Assembly (NCBI GenBank): GCA_963701295.1
Contig: OY969585.1
Coordinates: 2,784,001 to 2,848,000, forward strand
Source: Ignavibacteriota bacterium
GTDB taxonomy: Bacteria; Bacteroidota; Ignavibacteria; UBA10030
Direction: 5' to 3'
DNA: 64,000 bases
A model generated the notes under the pieces. It was given only the letters and a program-made list of their open reading frames with translations. It had not been told where the DNA came from and ran no database searches. The translations under genes were made by a program, and so were the position numbers. Shown piece by piece: positions 50,881-60,099 of the stretch. Numbering within the stretch: the stretch's first letter is position 1; the number at the start of each line of letters is the position of its first letter.

Positions 50881-51729
50881 ATGAAACAGTTTGCCAAATT
50901 ATCAATTCTAATCGCTTTCTCAGCTTTGACAATGAATGTCTTTGGGCAAAGCAATAATTACCCTTTTGAAATAAAAATCTCTGGAAAAGGAATTCATTCA
51001 ATAATCTTCATCCCCGGTTTTGCTTGTTCGGGAAAAGTTTGGGATGAAACAAAAATACTCTACGAAACTAAGTACACTTGCTACATTTTGACTATGGCTG
51101 GTTTTGCAGAAGTTCCTCCTCAGTCTCAACCAACATTTCAGAATTGGGAGAAAGCCATTGCTGCATACATCCAACAAAACAAAATAGACAAGCCCATCAT
51201 TGTAGGGCATAGTTTAGGCGGTGGTTTAGCTATGGCATTAGCTGCTGATTATCCTGATCTCATTTCTAAAATAGTTATTGTCGATGCACTGCCTTGTTTG
51301 GCTGCATTAATGGATACTTCGTTTCAAGTAAAAGAAAACAATGATTGTAGTGCTATGGTATCACAAATCACATCAGCAACGAACGAACAGTTTTATCAAA
51401 TGCAAAAACAAAACATACCACATTTATTGGCAGATACATCAAAACATGACCTTGTGGTTAGCTGGTCGGTTCAATCAGACAGAACAACATTTGCAGAAAT
51501 GTATTGTGATTTTTCTAATACTGACTTACGAGAGAAGATTTCTGGTATTACATGCCCTGCATTAATTTTATTGGAATCATCTTTCGAGAACTTCAAACCG
51601 GCAATAAATGAACAATTCAAAAATCTGAAGACTTCCAATTTGCAATATGCCACGAAAGGTCTCCACTTTATTATGTATGACGACAAAGATTGGTATAACA
51701 CACAACTCAACAACTTTATTGGACGATAA
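50881..51729 (+). CDS. Exported alpha/beta hydrolase
   Basis: FIPGF, GHSLGG, LHFIMYD; ATG 50881 with AGGAGA RBS; upstream TGTAAC...GTATCT ECF-like promoter at 50830-56. Confidence 0.88.
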   Translation: MKQFAKLSILIAFSALTMNVFGQSNNYPFEIKISGKGIHSIIFIPGFACSGKVWDETKILYETKYTCYILTMAGFAEVPPQSQPTFQNWEKAIAAYIQQNKIDKPIIVGHSLGGGLAMALAADYPDLISKIVIVDALPCLAALMDTSFQVKENNDCSAMVSQITSATNEQFYQMQKQNIPHLLADTSKHDLVVSWSVQSDRTTFAEMYCDFSNTDLREKISGITCPALILLESSFENFKPAINEQFKNLKTSNLQYATKGLHFIMYDDKDWYNTQLNNFIGR

Positions 51730-51736
51730 CAAACAA

Positions 51737-52207
51737 ATGACTTTTGAAGAAATATATAAGACTTATTGGCAGAAAGTTTTCCGTTTATGTATGGGATATG
51801 TAAACGACCACGATTGGGCGAAAGATATTGCACAGGAAACTTTTCTTACTATCTGGCAGCAACTGTCAAAATTCAGAAATGAATCATCAATAGGAACTTG
51901 GGTTTTTAGAATCGCTACAAATCATTGTTTGCGGCAGATCGAAAAGAATAAGAGAATGCCGAAAGCAAATATGCCTACAGAAATCGCAGAGGTTCCGCAG
52001 ACTGATGATAGCAATAAAATTGAATTCCTTTATAAATGTATTTCAGAGTTACCCGAAACAGATCGCATCATCATTTCACTTGAGCTTGAAGATTTAAAGC
52101 AATCCGAAGTTGCGAACATTGTAGGAATATCAGAGGCAAATGTTAGAGTAAGGATCCATCGTATCAAAGAACAATTAACGAGAAAGTTTAATAACTATGA
52201 AAAATAA
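51737..52207 (+). CDS. ECF RNA polymerase sigma factor
   Basis: AKDIAQETF, TWVFRIATN, GISEANVRVRIHR. Confidence 0.92.
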   Translation: MTFEEIYKTYWQKVFRLCMGYVNDHDWAKDIAQETFLTIWQQLSKFRNESSIGTWVFRIATNHCLRQIEKNKRMPKANMPTEIAEVPQTDDSNKIEFLYKCISELPETDRIIISLELEDLKQSEVANIVGISEANVRVRIHRIKEQLTRKFNNYEK

Positions 52208-52793
52208 TATTGACTTAAAAGAATTGTGGAATAAGCAAGAAACAACAACTCCCGACGTAAAGGAACTCTTCGATAAAATAAAGAGGCTCAAAAGGAACAA
52301 CTTAAATGCGTTGATCGCGACAAATGTCGCGCTGCTTTTGACTTGTGCATTCATTGGATTTGTGTGGTATTATTTTCAGCCGGAAATGATAACTACCAAG
52401 ATTGGAATTGTATTGGCAATCATGGCGATGGTTTTATATCTATTCGCATACAATAGAATGATTCCATTATTAGTTCATGTTGGCTACGACATGAACAACA
52501 ATCAGTGCTTACAACAGCTTTTAAAATTAAAAGAGAAGCAATTTTTCCTTCAAACTACGATACTGAATATTTATTGTATCCTGCTTTCTGGAAGTCTTTT
52601 TCTCTACTTGATTGAGTATGCTCTTCGTATGGAGTTGATTTGGGCTATTGTTTCTTATGCCGTGACATTTCTTTTGATCGTGGTTGTTTGGTTCGACTTT
52701 AGACTAAGGAAAATAAAAAAACAGCAAGCAAAAATAAATGGATTAATCGATAAGCTTGAAGTATTAGATAGACAATTGAAAACGATCGAATAA
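52197..52793 (+). CDS. Membrane protein, putative anti-sigma factor
   Basis: Overlaps the sigma stop; DLKELW N-terminus and 4 TM segments. Confidence 0.7.
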   Translation: MKNNIDLKELWNKQETTTPDVKELFDKIKRLKRNNLNALIATNVALLLTCAFIGFVWYYFQPEMITTKIGIVLAIMAMVLYLFAYNRMIPLLVHVGYDMNNNQCLQQLLKLKEKQFFLQTTILNIYCILLSGSLFLYLIEYALRMELIWAIVSYAVTFLLIVVVWFDFRLRKIKKQQAKINGLIDKLEVLDRQLKTIE

Positions 52794-53306
52794 AGGGTTA
52801 CACATAACAAGGCATCGCCGAAATATGTGCGTAGGCTACAGGTTCAACGCTTGTAATTCATTCACACTTTGTTATAGAATAAAATTAGAACGGAGGATGT
52901 CACAATCTGATTTCCGAAAACTATTTGTTCAGGAACTCTTCAAATATTTGATCTCTTCAAAATATTTCTCATTGGCAATCCTGAGTGACATGCTCGCGAA
53001 TGATGTACCAATGATAAGTTAGTATGTTTTCATTATCAAGCTCAGGCTACCTAATAATACGAATAGTTCTTTGGTTCAGAATTGAAATAAAAAAGCGCCT
53101 GACACACTACCCAATGCCAGGCACCTAAGGAGGCTTTCCCAATCGGGGAGGTTGAGATTGCAATTATAACTTATTAATCGTCTCTCTATTTGTTAACTTG
53201 TCCAAAGTGACCCTTTTGCCATCCTATCACAACCCCCGAGACATTTAGCGAGATGGCAAGCTGACCATATAGGGCATAGCGGTCATTCAATTTTTTAGGC
53301 AACGGA

Positions 53307-53786
53307 TTACTTATCGTTATCTCCGACCTGATTGGCCAGATAATTTTCTACACCTATCTGCTTGATCTGGTCACGCTGTTGCTCTAACCAATCACCATGT
53401 CCTTCTTCCATTAAAAGAATTTTGGTCAAGAGATCGGCTGTGCCAGCGTCGGATACTTCTCGCGCTTGAGTAATAGCTTTGTTATATAACTGAACAGCCG
53501 TTTGTTCCCCGTTGCTGTCGTTCGAAAGCATTGCAGGAATATCAACGCCAATCTTTATTTGATTGAGCTTGGACATGGTCGGTGATCCTTCAAGGAAGAG
53601 AATTCGCCCTATAAGCCACTCAGCATGCTTCATTTCATCAACCGCTTGTTTCTCAATAGCTTTGTGGAGTTTGGCATATCCCCAGTTATCGCACATTTCC
53701 GAATGAACCATATACTGGCTAATGGCGGTTAATTCCTCCGAGAGTAATTCATTCAGTGTGGCAAGAAGTTTTTCATTCCCTTTCAT
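53307..53786 (-). CDS. bfr: Bacterioferritin
   Basis: MKGNEKL...ELTAISQYMVH...DEMKHA...RILFLEG...EEGH...IGVENYL. Confidence 0.95.
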   Translation of the reverse strand: MKGNEKLLATLNELLSEELTAISQYMVHSEMCDNWGYAKLHKAIEKQAVDEMKHAEWLIGRILFLEGSPTMSKLNQIKIGVDIPAMLSNDSNGEQTAVQLYNKAITQAREVSDAGTADLLTKILLMEEGHGDWLEQQRDQIKQIGVENYLANQVGDNDK

Positions 53787-54108
53787 AATTTTTTCTCCTT
53801 CGAAGTTGTCATGTTATTCGTAGATTAAGTGTGCCATATTGTAAGGAAATTGAAATATACAAGCAACTAACAGGTAAACACCTTTTCATAAAACCGCATT
53901 AAGACATCATTTAAAAATCCAAATAAAAAATATAGAATTCGATTTGCCGGTCGCCTATATACAAGTCTTTGAAAAAATGAAAATAAAACTTTGGAATCAT
54001 CCCATTTAACCTATCTGGATCCCCGTCGTCTCTCAAAGCAGAAGCTACTTTTGCAGCAATTGTAAGGTAAAAATACAATTTCCGACAGAAAAAGAGAGAA
54101 TCTATTGT

Positions 54109-55164
54109 TCAGCATACGCTCCGATGATAATAATCTAAATTTAATTCCAGATTTATTTTATTCACTTCATTGTACAGTTGCTCGGGTTGTAAATGAGCAT
54201 AGAGCTCAGTCGTTTGCGCCGATGAGGCATGGCCTAATAATTTAGAAACTGAGTATAAAGGAACAGCAGCCTTTACAAGAGCCGTCGCAAATGAATGGCG
54301 GAGGCTATGAAGGTGAAGATTATCGTTAAGCCCGGCACGTCTGACATATCTCTTAAATTTCTGTGATACTGTTCCTTCTTTTAATTTACTCCCTTTTTGA
54401 TCATAGAAAACAGTTTCACATTCAAATCTTACAATTTGTTTTCTTTCTTTTAGCAATCTCCACAATTCCTCATTTATGGGGACGACACGGTTTCTTCTCG
54501 TTTTTGTAGTGAAAGAATCTGTATTTCTTACGAGGATCACTTTGGCATTAAAATCTACGTCACTCCACTGTAATGAAAGAAGCTCCCCCAATCTGAGGCC
54601 AGATAATATAGCCGTAAGGACTAAATCACGGAAATCAGTATCCCTGACTGCAAAAAGGAATGTTCTAAATTCACTTTCAGTGAAGTATGCAGGCACAATC
54701 TCACTTACTTTCGGTTTGGTGACTTTTCTAAAAGGATTATGTTCAAGAAAAGACCACTGCACAGCTTTCTCAAAGGCTGATGCAAGGGATATATAGTATT
54801 TCCTCGTGCTCCATTCTGAGGCTTCCACTTTTTTCACACTCAGGAAGTGTTCAATCTCCCGAATACCGATTGATTGCAGTGGTTTATCTCCCTCCACACG
54901 AATCAACTCCCTAAATGCAGTCTGATATGTGGTGTATGTTTTCTTTGTCAAAACACCTGATGCATATTCGAAGTATTGCTTTACAAAATCCGAAAGAATA
55001 ATTCTTTTAAGGTTTTGTTTCTTCTGGTGTTCTTCAACTTGGAATTGCAAAAGAAAAGCGAACGCTTTAGATTTCTTCTTGCACTTTGTCGAAACCTTAT
55101 TTCTCTTTCCGGTTTCATCATGAGAGAAGACATAATACACGCCACCAATTTTTGACAGGAACAT
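54109..55164 (-). CDS. Phage-type tyrosine integrase (not IntI)
   Basis: SGLRLGEL, K, HSLRHSFAT, LLGH, Y catalytic set; N-terminal arm-binding-like region; no IntI-specific insertion. Confidence 0.92.
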   Translation of the reverse strand: MFLSKIGGVYYVFSHDETGKRNKVSTKCKKKSKAFAFLLQFQVEEHQKKQNLKRIILSDFVKQYFEYASGVLTKKTYTTYQTAFRELIRVEGDKPLQSIGIREIEHFLSVKKVEASEWSTRKYYISLASAFEKAVQWSFLEHNPFRKVTKPKVSEIVPAYFTESEFRTFLFAVRDTDFRDLVLTAILSGLRLGELLSLQWSDVDFNAKVILVRNTDSFTTKTRRNRVVPINEELWRLLKERKQIVRFECETVFYDQKGSKLKEGTVSQKFKRYVRRAGLNDNLHLHSLRHSFATALVKAAVPLYSVSKLLGHASSAQTTELYAHLQPEQLYNEVNKINLELNLDYYHRSVC

Positions 55165-55203
55165 GATACACCTCCAGAATAAGGAGATGAAAGAGAAGGA
55201 TTC

Positions 55204-55394
55204 AGTGCCTAATATAGTGCCAAGTTGATTTTTAGCGATTAAAAAAGGCGCAAAATAAAGGGGTTTTGTGTAGCTTCGAGGTGTTTAGGAAACCGCTGCT
55301 CTATCCATCTGAGCTACGGGGTCGTTGCTTTTATTCTGAATTCGGCATTTTATTTTTCAACTTTTTTCCAAAAGTGCCAAGTTTGGTGCCAACT
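55204..55394. mobile_element. attP-like site with paired arm repeats
   Basis: GTGCC(A/T)A repeats at 55205/55217 and 55374/55386 (12-bp period) flanking a tRNA half. Confidence 0.7.
55283..55323 (-). tRNA. 5' half of tRNA-Arg(CCT)
   Basis: GACCCCGTAGCTCAGATGGATAGAGCAGCGGTTTCCTAAAC; similarity ends just after the anticodon loop. Confidence 0.85.
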
Positions 55395-55629
55395 CTTTTT
55401 CTATTTTCACCTTGTTAGTACAATCGCTTTCTGTGTCATTCTGGTACTTCCTACCGTACAATTTATGACAAGCTATTTGTAAGTAATTTGATTATCGCAT
55501 GCGGAATTTTTGAATGATTTCATTGCTCTCAAAAAATACGAAACTTTGCTCCTCTTTGCAAGTGAACTCAGAAAACGGTAGTGGGCTACTTTCGATATGA
55601 CTTTTGACACGATTTTGAGAATTATTCAA

Positions 55630-55923
55630 TTATGCTTGCAGCGAGCAGTCCTTCTTGCTGTTTCTCGAATATTGTGGCTTACAAAGAATGGCAACGATCC
55701 CAATGATGATGGAAATAAAAGTTAACCATAATATTATTCTTATCATTTTGCGAATATCTTTTTGAACTATTTCGTTGTGAATATTTTGTTCTTTTATTCG
55801 TTTATGTTTTTCTTCAACGGCGGCTTGTCTAAAAGGAGATTCTGCTTGATTATAGTATGTATCAAGGATTGTTTCAAGTTCAGCGTCTGTTTTTGTTTTT
55901 CGTGTGTTCTCTATGAGATTCAC
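55630..55923 (-). CDS. Small membrane protein (element remnant)
   Basis: 97-aa ORF with one TM segment. Confidence 0.4.
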   Translation of the reverse strand: MNLIENTRKTKTDAELETILDTYYNQAESPFRQAAVEEKHKRIKEQNIHNEIVQKDIRKMIRIILWLTFISIIIGIVAILCKPQYSRNSKKDCSLQA

Positions 55924-55953
55924 TAATTACATTTGATATAATTTTTCTCTAAT

Positions 55954-56214
55954 ATGAATATGAAAAACGATAATAATAAAACACTAATGTTCGCATTTAG
56001 CAACGGCTTATCAAAGAGTGAAGCTATCTCATTTCCTAAAACAATGAACGGCGGGGATAAATACTATGTAACCTGTGTTTTTCGCAATCCCAAAGCCCTC
56101 CACATTGAAGATAGAGAACGGTGGGTAGTTGTTCGCGATATCCGAAAAGGTGAAATTGTGCCGAATAGGTACGCGTTGTTTGTGGAGAGACAAGAACTTT
56201 GTGTGATGTGTTAA
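55954..56214 (+). CDS. Small hypothetical protein
   Basis: 86-aa ORF, no motif. Confidence 0.3.
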   Translation: MNMKNDNNKTLMFAFSNGLSKSEAISFPKTMNGGDKYYVTCVFRNPKALHIEDRERWVVVRDIRKGEIVPNRYALFVERQELCVMC

Positions 56215-56370
56215 TTTATATAAAGCAACTATGCAAGCCAGTATCCAATTACCGCTCCTATCCAAGTCTCTTAAGGTTCCGAACAATTATCGGCTTTATT
56301 TTATTTTGGCTTTTATTGATTTTTGCTTCAAGTTCAGATAATATCTCCTTTTTCAGTTCATCAATTTCTT

Positions 56371-56652
56371 TTATGACTTTTCCCACGGCTTTTTAAATTC
56401 TTCCTTTTTAGAATAATCTATAACAGAGCCATAATCTTTTACGTTTGATAAGAATCGATTTCGTATTGCAGTCAACTTAATGTCAATATTATCTAGTCCT
56501 TCGATTTGTTGTTCTTCTAGAATTTTGTATCGACCACTTATCCTCGCACTAATTCGTTTATACTTAATACCTAAATCCCTATCGCTTAAGGGTAGAATCC
56601 GTTCTTCTATTCTGCTTCCTTTAAGTTTTAATTTAAAAAAATTGAAACTCAC
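56371..56652 (-). CDS. Small hypothetical protein, possibly a fragment
   Basis: 93-aa ORF in a decayed AT-rich stretch. Confidence 0.3.
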   Translation of the reverse strand: MSFNFFKLKLKGSRIEERILPLSDRDLGIKYKRISARISGRYKILEEQQIEGLDNIDIKLTAIRNRFLSNVKDYGSVIDYSKKEEFKKPWEKS

Positions 56653-57151
56653 TATTTAAGACACGTACTTTTCGAGCAAGATCAGGTTTTATTGGTGGTC
56701 GTTTCTTCAAGTTCTGTATCGCCTCGTTGATTTCTTCTTGCAACAACCGCCTCAGGAGTATGTATCGATGCTTTCTCTTGAGGGATAATAGCTTTCAGTA
56801 TCCGATCAATATCACTTTGTACAATATGAATAGCATCTGGACTTTACACCGTTGATTTTGGCTCATCTTCTATGGATTGTGGTATTGGAGAGAAAACAAA
56901 AGCAGAATCATCAAAACAAACAACTCCTATGCGAAGACTATTACACCGATAAAGTGTTATGCCTGCATCTTGTAGCTTTTTAAGAACTGAATTTTCTCCA
57001 TACCACATACGACAAGTTGTGATCAGAATGACCGTGAATAAACAATTTTTCAGATATTTCTAAAGAATTAGGAAGACGAATAGAATGATGTACTTTGTCT
57101 GAAGAAAACTTTTTGCGTACGCTAAATCAAAGATAAACTCGAAACCATTCT

Positions 57152-57982
57152 TCAAGGCTGTTGATAGACCCGAACATAATCCACGACCATTAGTTGCGGG
57201 AATGTTGTGAATTCGTTTGGACTTCCGGGCCAATCTCCACCTACGGCTACATTTAAGAGTAGGTGGAAACGCTGATCAAATGGAGATGATTTGTTTACCG
57301 AATAGTATTTATTGCCATCAACAAACCATTGAATTGAAGTCGAGTCCCATTCGACTGCAAAGACATGAAAACTGCCGGCGAAACTTGCAGAATCTAATGG
57401 CAAGGAAAAATTTCCGCCGAATTGTACATGGTTACCGTATGCATCTGCACAATGAATTGTTCCATAGACTTCCCAGGTATTATCGCCAAGACATTCCATA
57501 ATGTCGATCTCTCCACTTTTTGGCCATCCTCCATAGATATCATCAGTCGGAAGCATCCAGATTGCCGGCCAGAGACCTTTTCCAAATGGAAGTTTCGCAC
57601 GGATTTCAAACCGTCCATATTTCCAATCGCCTCTGTATTTTGTACGCATTCTTGCAGAGGTATATTGCTTGCCCTGGTACTCTTCTTTTAGCGCACAGAT
57701 GACAAGTGCCCCCTTTTCTAAATACGAATTTGAGGGATTATCTGTATAGTACTGAAGTTCATTATTGCCACCACCATTCCCATTCACTTCATACTCCCAC
57801 TTGCTTGTATCAACCTTGGTTCCGTTGAATTCGTCGTTCCACATTAATTTCCAGCCAGGCAACTGAGGAATAGAATCAGTAATAATCATTGGTGGTTGTG
57901 TAATACCATTGTCTTCTTTTTTGCATCCAACAATTAATGCAAACAAACAAATCGTCCTAATAAGAGATAGAATAATCTTCAA
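57152..57982 (-). CDS. GH16 beta-1,3-glucanase (laminarinase-type) lipoprotein
   Basis: Lipobox LIVG-C; WPAIWML, GEIDIME, LLNVAVGG. Confidence 0.93.
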   Translation of the reverse strand: MKIILSLIRTICLFALIVGCKKEDNGITQPPMIITDSIPQLPGWKLMWNDEFNGTKVDTSKWEYEVNGNGGGNNELQYYTDNPSNSYLEKGALVICALKEEYQGKQYTSARMRTKYRGDWKYGRFEIRAKLPFGKGLWPAIWMLPTDDIYGGWPKSGEIDIMECLGDNTWEVYGTIHCADAYGNHVQFGGNFSLPLDSASFAGSFHVFAVEWDSTSIQWFVDGNKYYSVNKSSPFDQRFHLLLNVAVGGDWPGSPNEFTTFPQLMVVDYVRVYQQP

Positions 57983-58050
57983 AGCAGAAATATCTTAATT
58001 TAGTTGTTTGATAAACTTCTCTTAACCTTATATTAAAATATATAATAATA

Positions 58051-60078
58051 TTACTTCAACAAAAGCATCTTCTTCTGGAAGGTGTGCTGGTTACTCTGTT
58101 CGTCTGTCGCTAATAACCGATACATATACAACCCACTTGTCAGCCGATGAGCATTCAGTATGGTTTGATGATAACCCGCTTCCTGTTGTTCATTAACTAA
58201 TTGCATTGCTTCCCGGCCAAGTATATCATACACCTTGAGCAACACTCGGCTCACTGTTGGCAATTGATAACTGATTATTGTCGTTGAATTAAAAGGATTC
58301 GGATAGTTTTGTTGCAGTTGATAATCCGAGGTATCTTGGGTGTGGGCGTTCACATTTGTAAATTTAATAAAGTTTAAATTAAACCCGCCTGCCAAGAAAG
58401 ATATTCCAAGCTGGTGTGTCCCAGCTGTAAGTGAATATTGGCCGGCATTTATCGAACTCCATGTTTGCCAGCCGCCGGTAATTGGAAGAGTCAGAATATC
58501 TGAAATAAAGTTTCCATCCTTCTGTAATCTGAACATGCCTCCTGTCGCATTTGCAGCAAATCGTACACTCACATCATATAATGCTGTTTCAGCAACATTC
58601 ACTGTAAAATTTAAGAATTCTCCAGTATTGATCCAGCCAACGTCGTACCCATTCGTTGGAGAATCAGAACAACTTTCAATATCCACTCCATCGTTTCTAT
58701 AGAGACCCCCAGTATTCCAAACACTGTTACCGGTTCCTCCAGTATTTTCATAGTCATTATCTCCATATGCAAAACCATTCCTTCCCATATCGTACTCGGT
58801 AGCGAATACAAAGCCAGGAATCTTGAGATTCGAAAATGGAATTGTAGCTGTCGTATAGGGCTGTCGGAAAATCGCATCAATAACATCACGACGAACCGAA
58901 CACCTATCGATATTTAAATTCATAGCTTGACTATCCAAGGCATTCACTGCGTCCTGAACACTTGGCTGCGGCATCTGATTATTCCAATATTGAATGAGAT
59001 TTTTATACCCTGCCGTCATTGGGGACGAAAGCAATGTTGCAGTGGATTCAATTTTCTTGTGCGGCCACCACGACCAACCAATTTTGTTCGCTTCAAAGAG
59101 TGCAATGCAATCTGCGAACCATTGGTTTGAATTCTCGCCTGACTCCCCGCACCAAAGCGGGACATTGGTGGAGTTGCGAAGATTGATGACCCAATTGATG
59201 GAATTCTGATCGGTTGCATTCCAATACTTATGGAAGCTATATACCATATTCGTATCCCATGGCGGCGTGAGTCCTGTGAAATCATTCGCCCATTGATTTC
59301 CCTCAATGAAAATGATATGGTTCTGGTCAACTGTTCGAATGGCATTTGTGATTGCTATGTACAAATCCCGTAACGGTTGGTTTACAGATCCGAGATCCCA
59401 TACAGTTTCATTCAATAAATCGTATCCGCCAATCCATTGTTTATCTGCATAGCGCCGTGCAAGTTCCTTCCATAAAGCCACTGTTTGTTGTTGGTATACC
59501 GTACTCTCCCATAACGACGGATAGCCGCTATAGTCGCTGATGTTGGCGCTGTTCTGACCACCTGGTGCGCAATGTAAATCTAAAATAAGATATAGATGAT
59601 TCGCCTCACACCAACTGAGCAGACTGTCGATCTGTGTAAACCCCGATTCAAGAAAAACACCGGTCTGTCCTTTAGGCGTTAGTAATTCATAATGCATGGG
59701 CAAGCGGATGGAATTGAACCCCCATCTTGCAAGAGAATCAATATCTTCTCGAGTCACATAGTTCTGTTGATACGATTGAAAAAATTGATCCGCATTCGTT
59801 TGACCTACTAATGCAACAATAATATTCCGAATTTCCGTTGGAGAATTTGCAAATCCAGCAGTTTGAAGCATATATCCTTCCGGTACGAGCCAGCCTCCAA
59901 GCCCAATACCTCGGAGAATCATTTCGTCTCTATTGTCTTTGATGATCCTCGTTCCCGATGCTCGAAGATATCCTTGAGCAACGAGAATTCCGTTTGCAAT
60001 ACAAATGCTTATGATCAAATCGAATACCAGCTTTACAAGTTGAAACATTATTCTATTGTAATTTAATAAGCTCATCAT
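58051..60078 (-). CDS. GH5 glycoside hydrolase + CBM6 + T9SS CTD
   Basis: GLGGWLVPEGYM, LDLHCAPGGQ, YDLLNE, WCGESGEN; GWINTGEFL...TGGWQTW. Confidence 0.9.
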   Translation of the reverse strand: MMSLLNYNRIMFQLVKLVFDLIISICIANGILVAQGYLRASGTRIIKDNRDEMILRGIGLGGWLVPEGYMLQTAGFANSPTEIRNIIVALVGQTNADQFFQSYQQNYVTREDIDSLARWGFNSIRLPMHYELLTPKGQTGVFLESGFTQIDSLLSWCEANHLYLILDLHCAPGGQNSANISDYSGYPSLWESTVYQQQTVALWKELARRYADKQWIGGYDLLNETVWDLGSVNQPLRDLYIAITNAIRTVDQNHIIFIEGNQWANDFTGLTPPWDTNMVYSFHKYWNATDQNSINWVINLRNSTNVPLWCGESGENSNQWFADCIALFEANKIGWSWWPHKKIESTATLLSSPMTAGYKNLIQYWNNQMPQPSVQDAVNALDSQAMNLNIDRCSVRRDVIDAIFRQPYTTATIPFSNLKIPGFVFATEYDMGRNGFAYGDNDYENTGGTGNSVWNTGGLYRNDGVDIESCSDSPTNGYDVGWINTGEFLNFTVNVAETALYDVSVRFAANATGGMFRLQKDGNFISDILTLPITGGWQTWSSINAGQYSLTAGTHQLGISFLAGGFNLNFIKFTNVNAHTQDTSDYQLQQNYPNPFNSTTIISYQLPTVSRVLLKVYDILGREAMQLVNEQQEAGYHQTILNAHRLTSGLYMYRLLATDEQSNQHTFQKKMLLLK

Positions 60079-60099
60079 TTTATTTCTCTTGTCTTGCAG

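Noticed and set aside
52802-52935. attC-like start ACATAAC right after the ECF module
   Set aside because: No convincing complementary L'/R' half; at best a decayed site of another family.
54109-55164. Tyrosine recombinase as the integron integrase IntI
   Set aside because: It lacks the IntI-specific insertion before the HxLRH box, has an arm-binding-like N-terminus, has its own att site and lies 4 kb from attI.
55165-55283. Group I intron in tRNA-Arg(CCT)
   Set aside because: Only about 120 bp separate the half tRNA from the integrase start, with no intron core or 3' exon visible.
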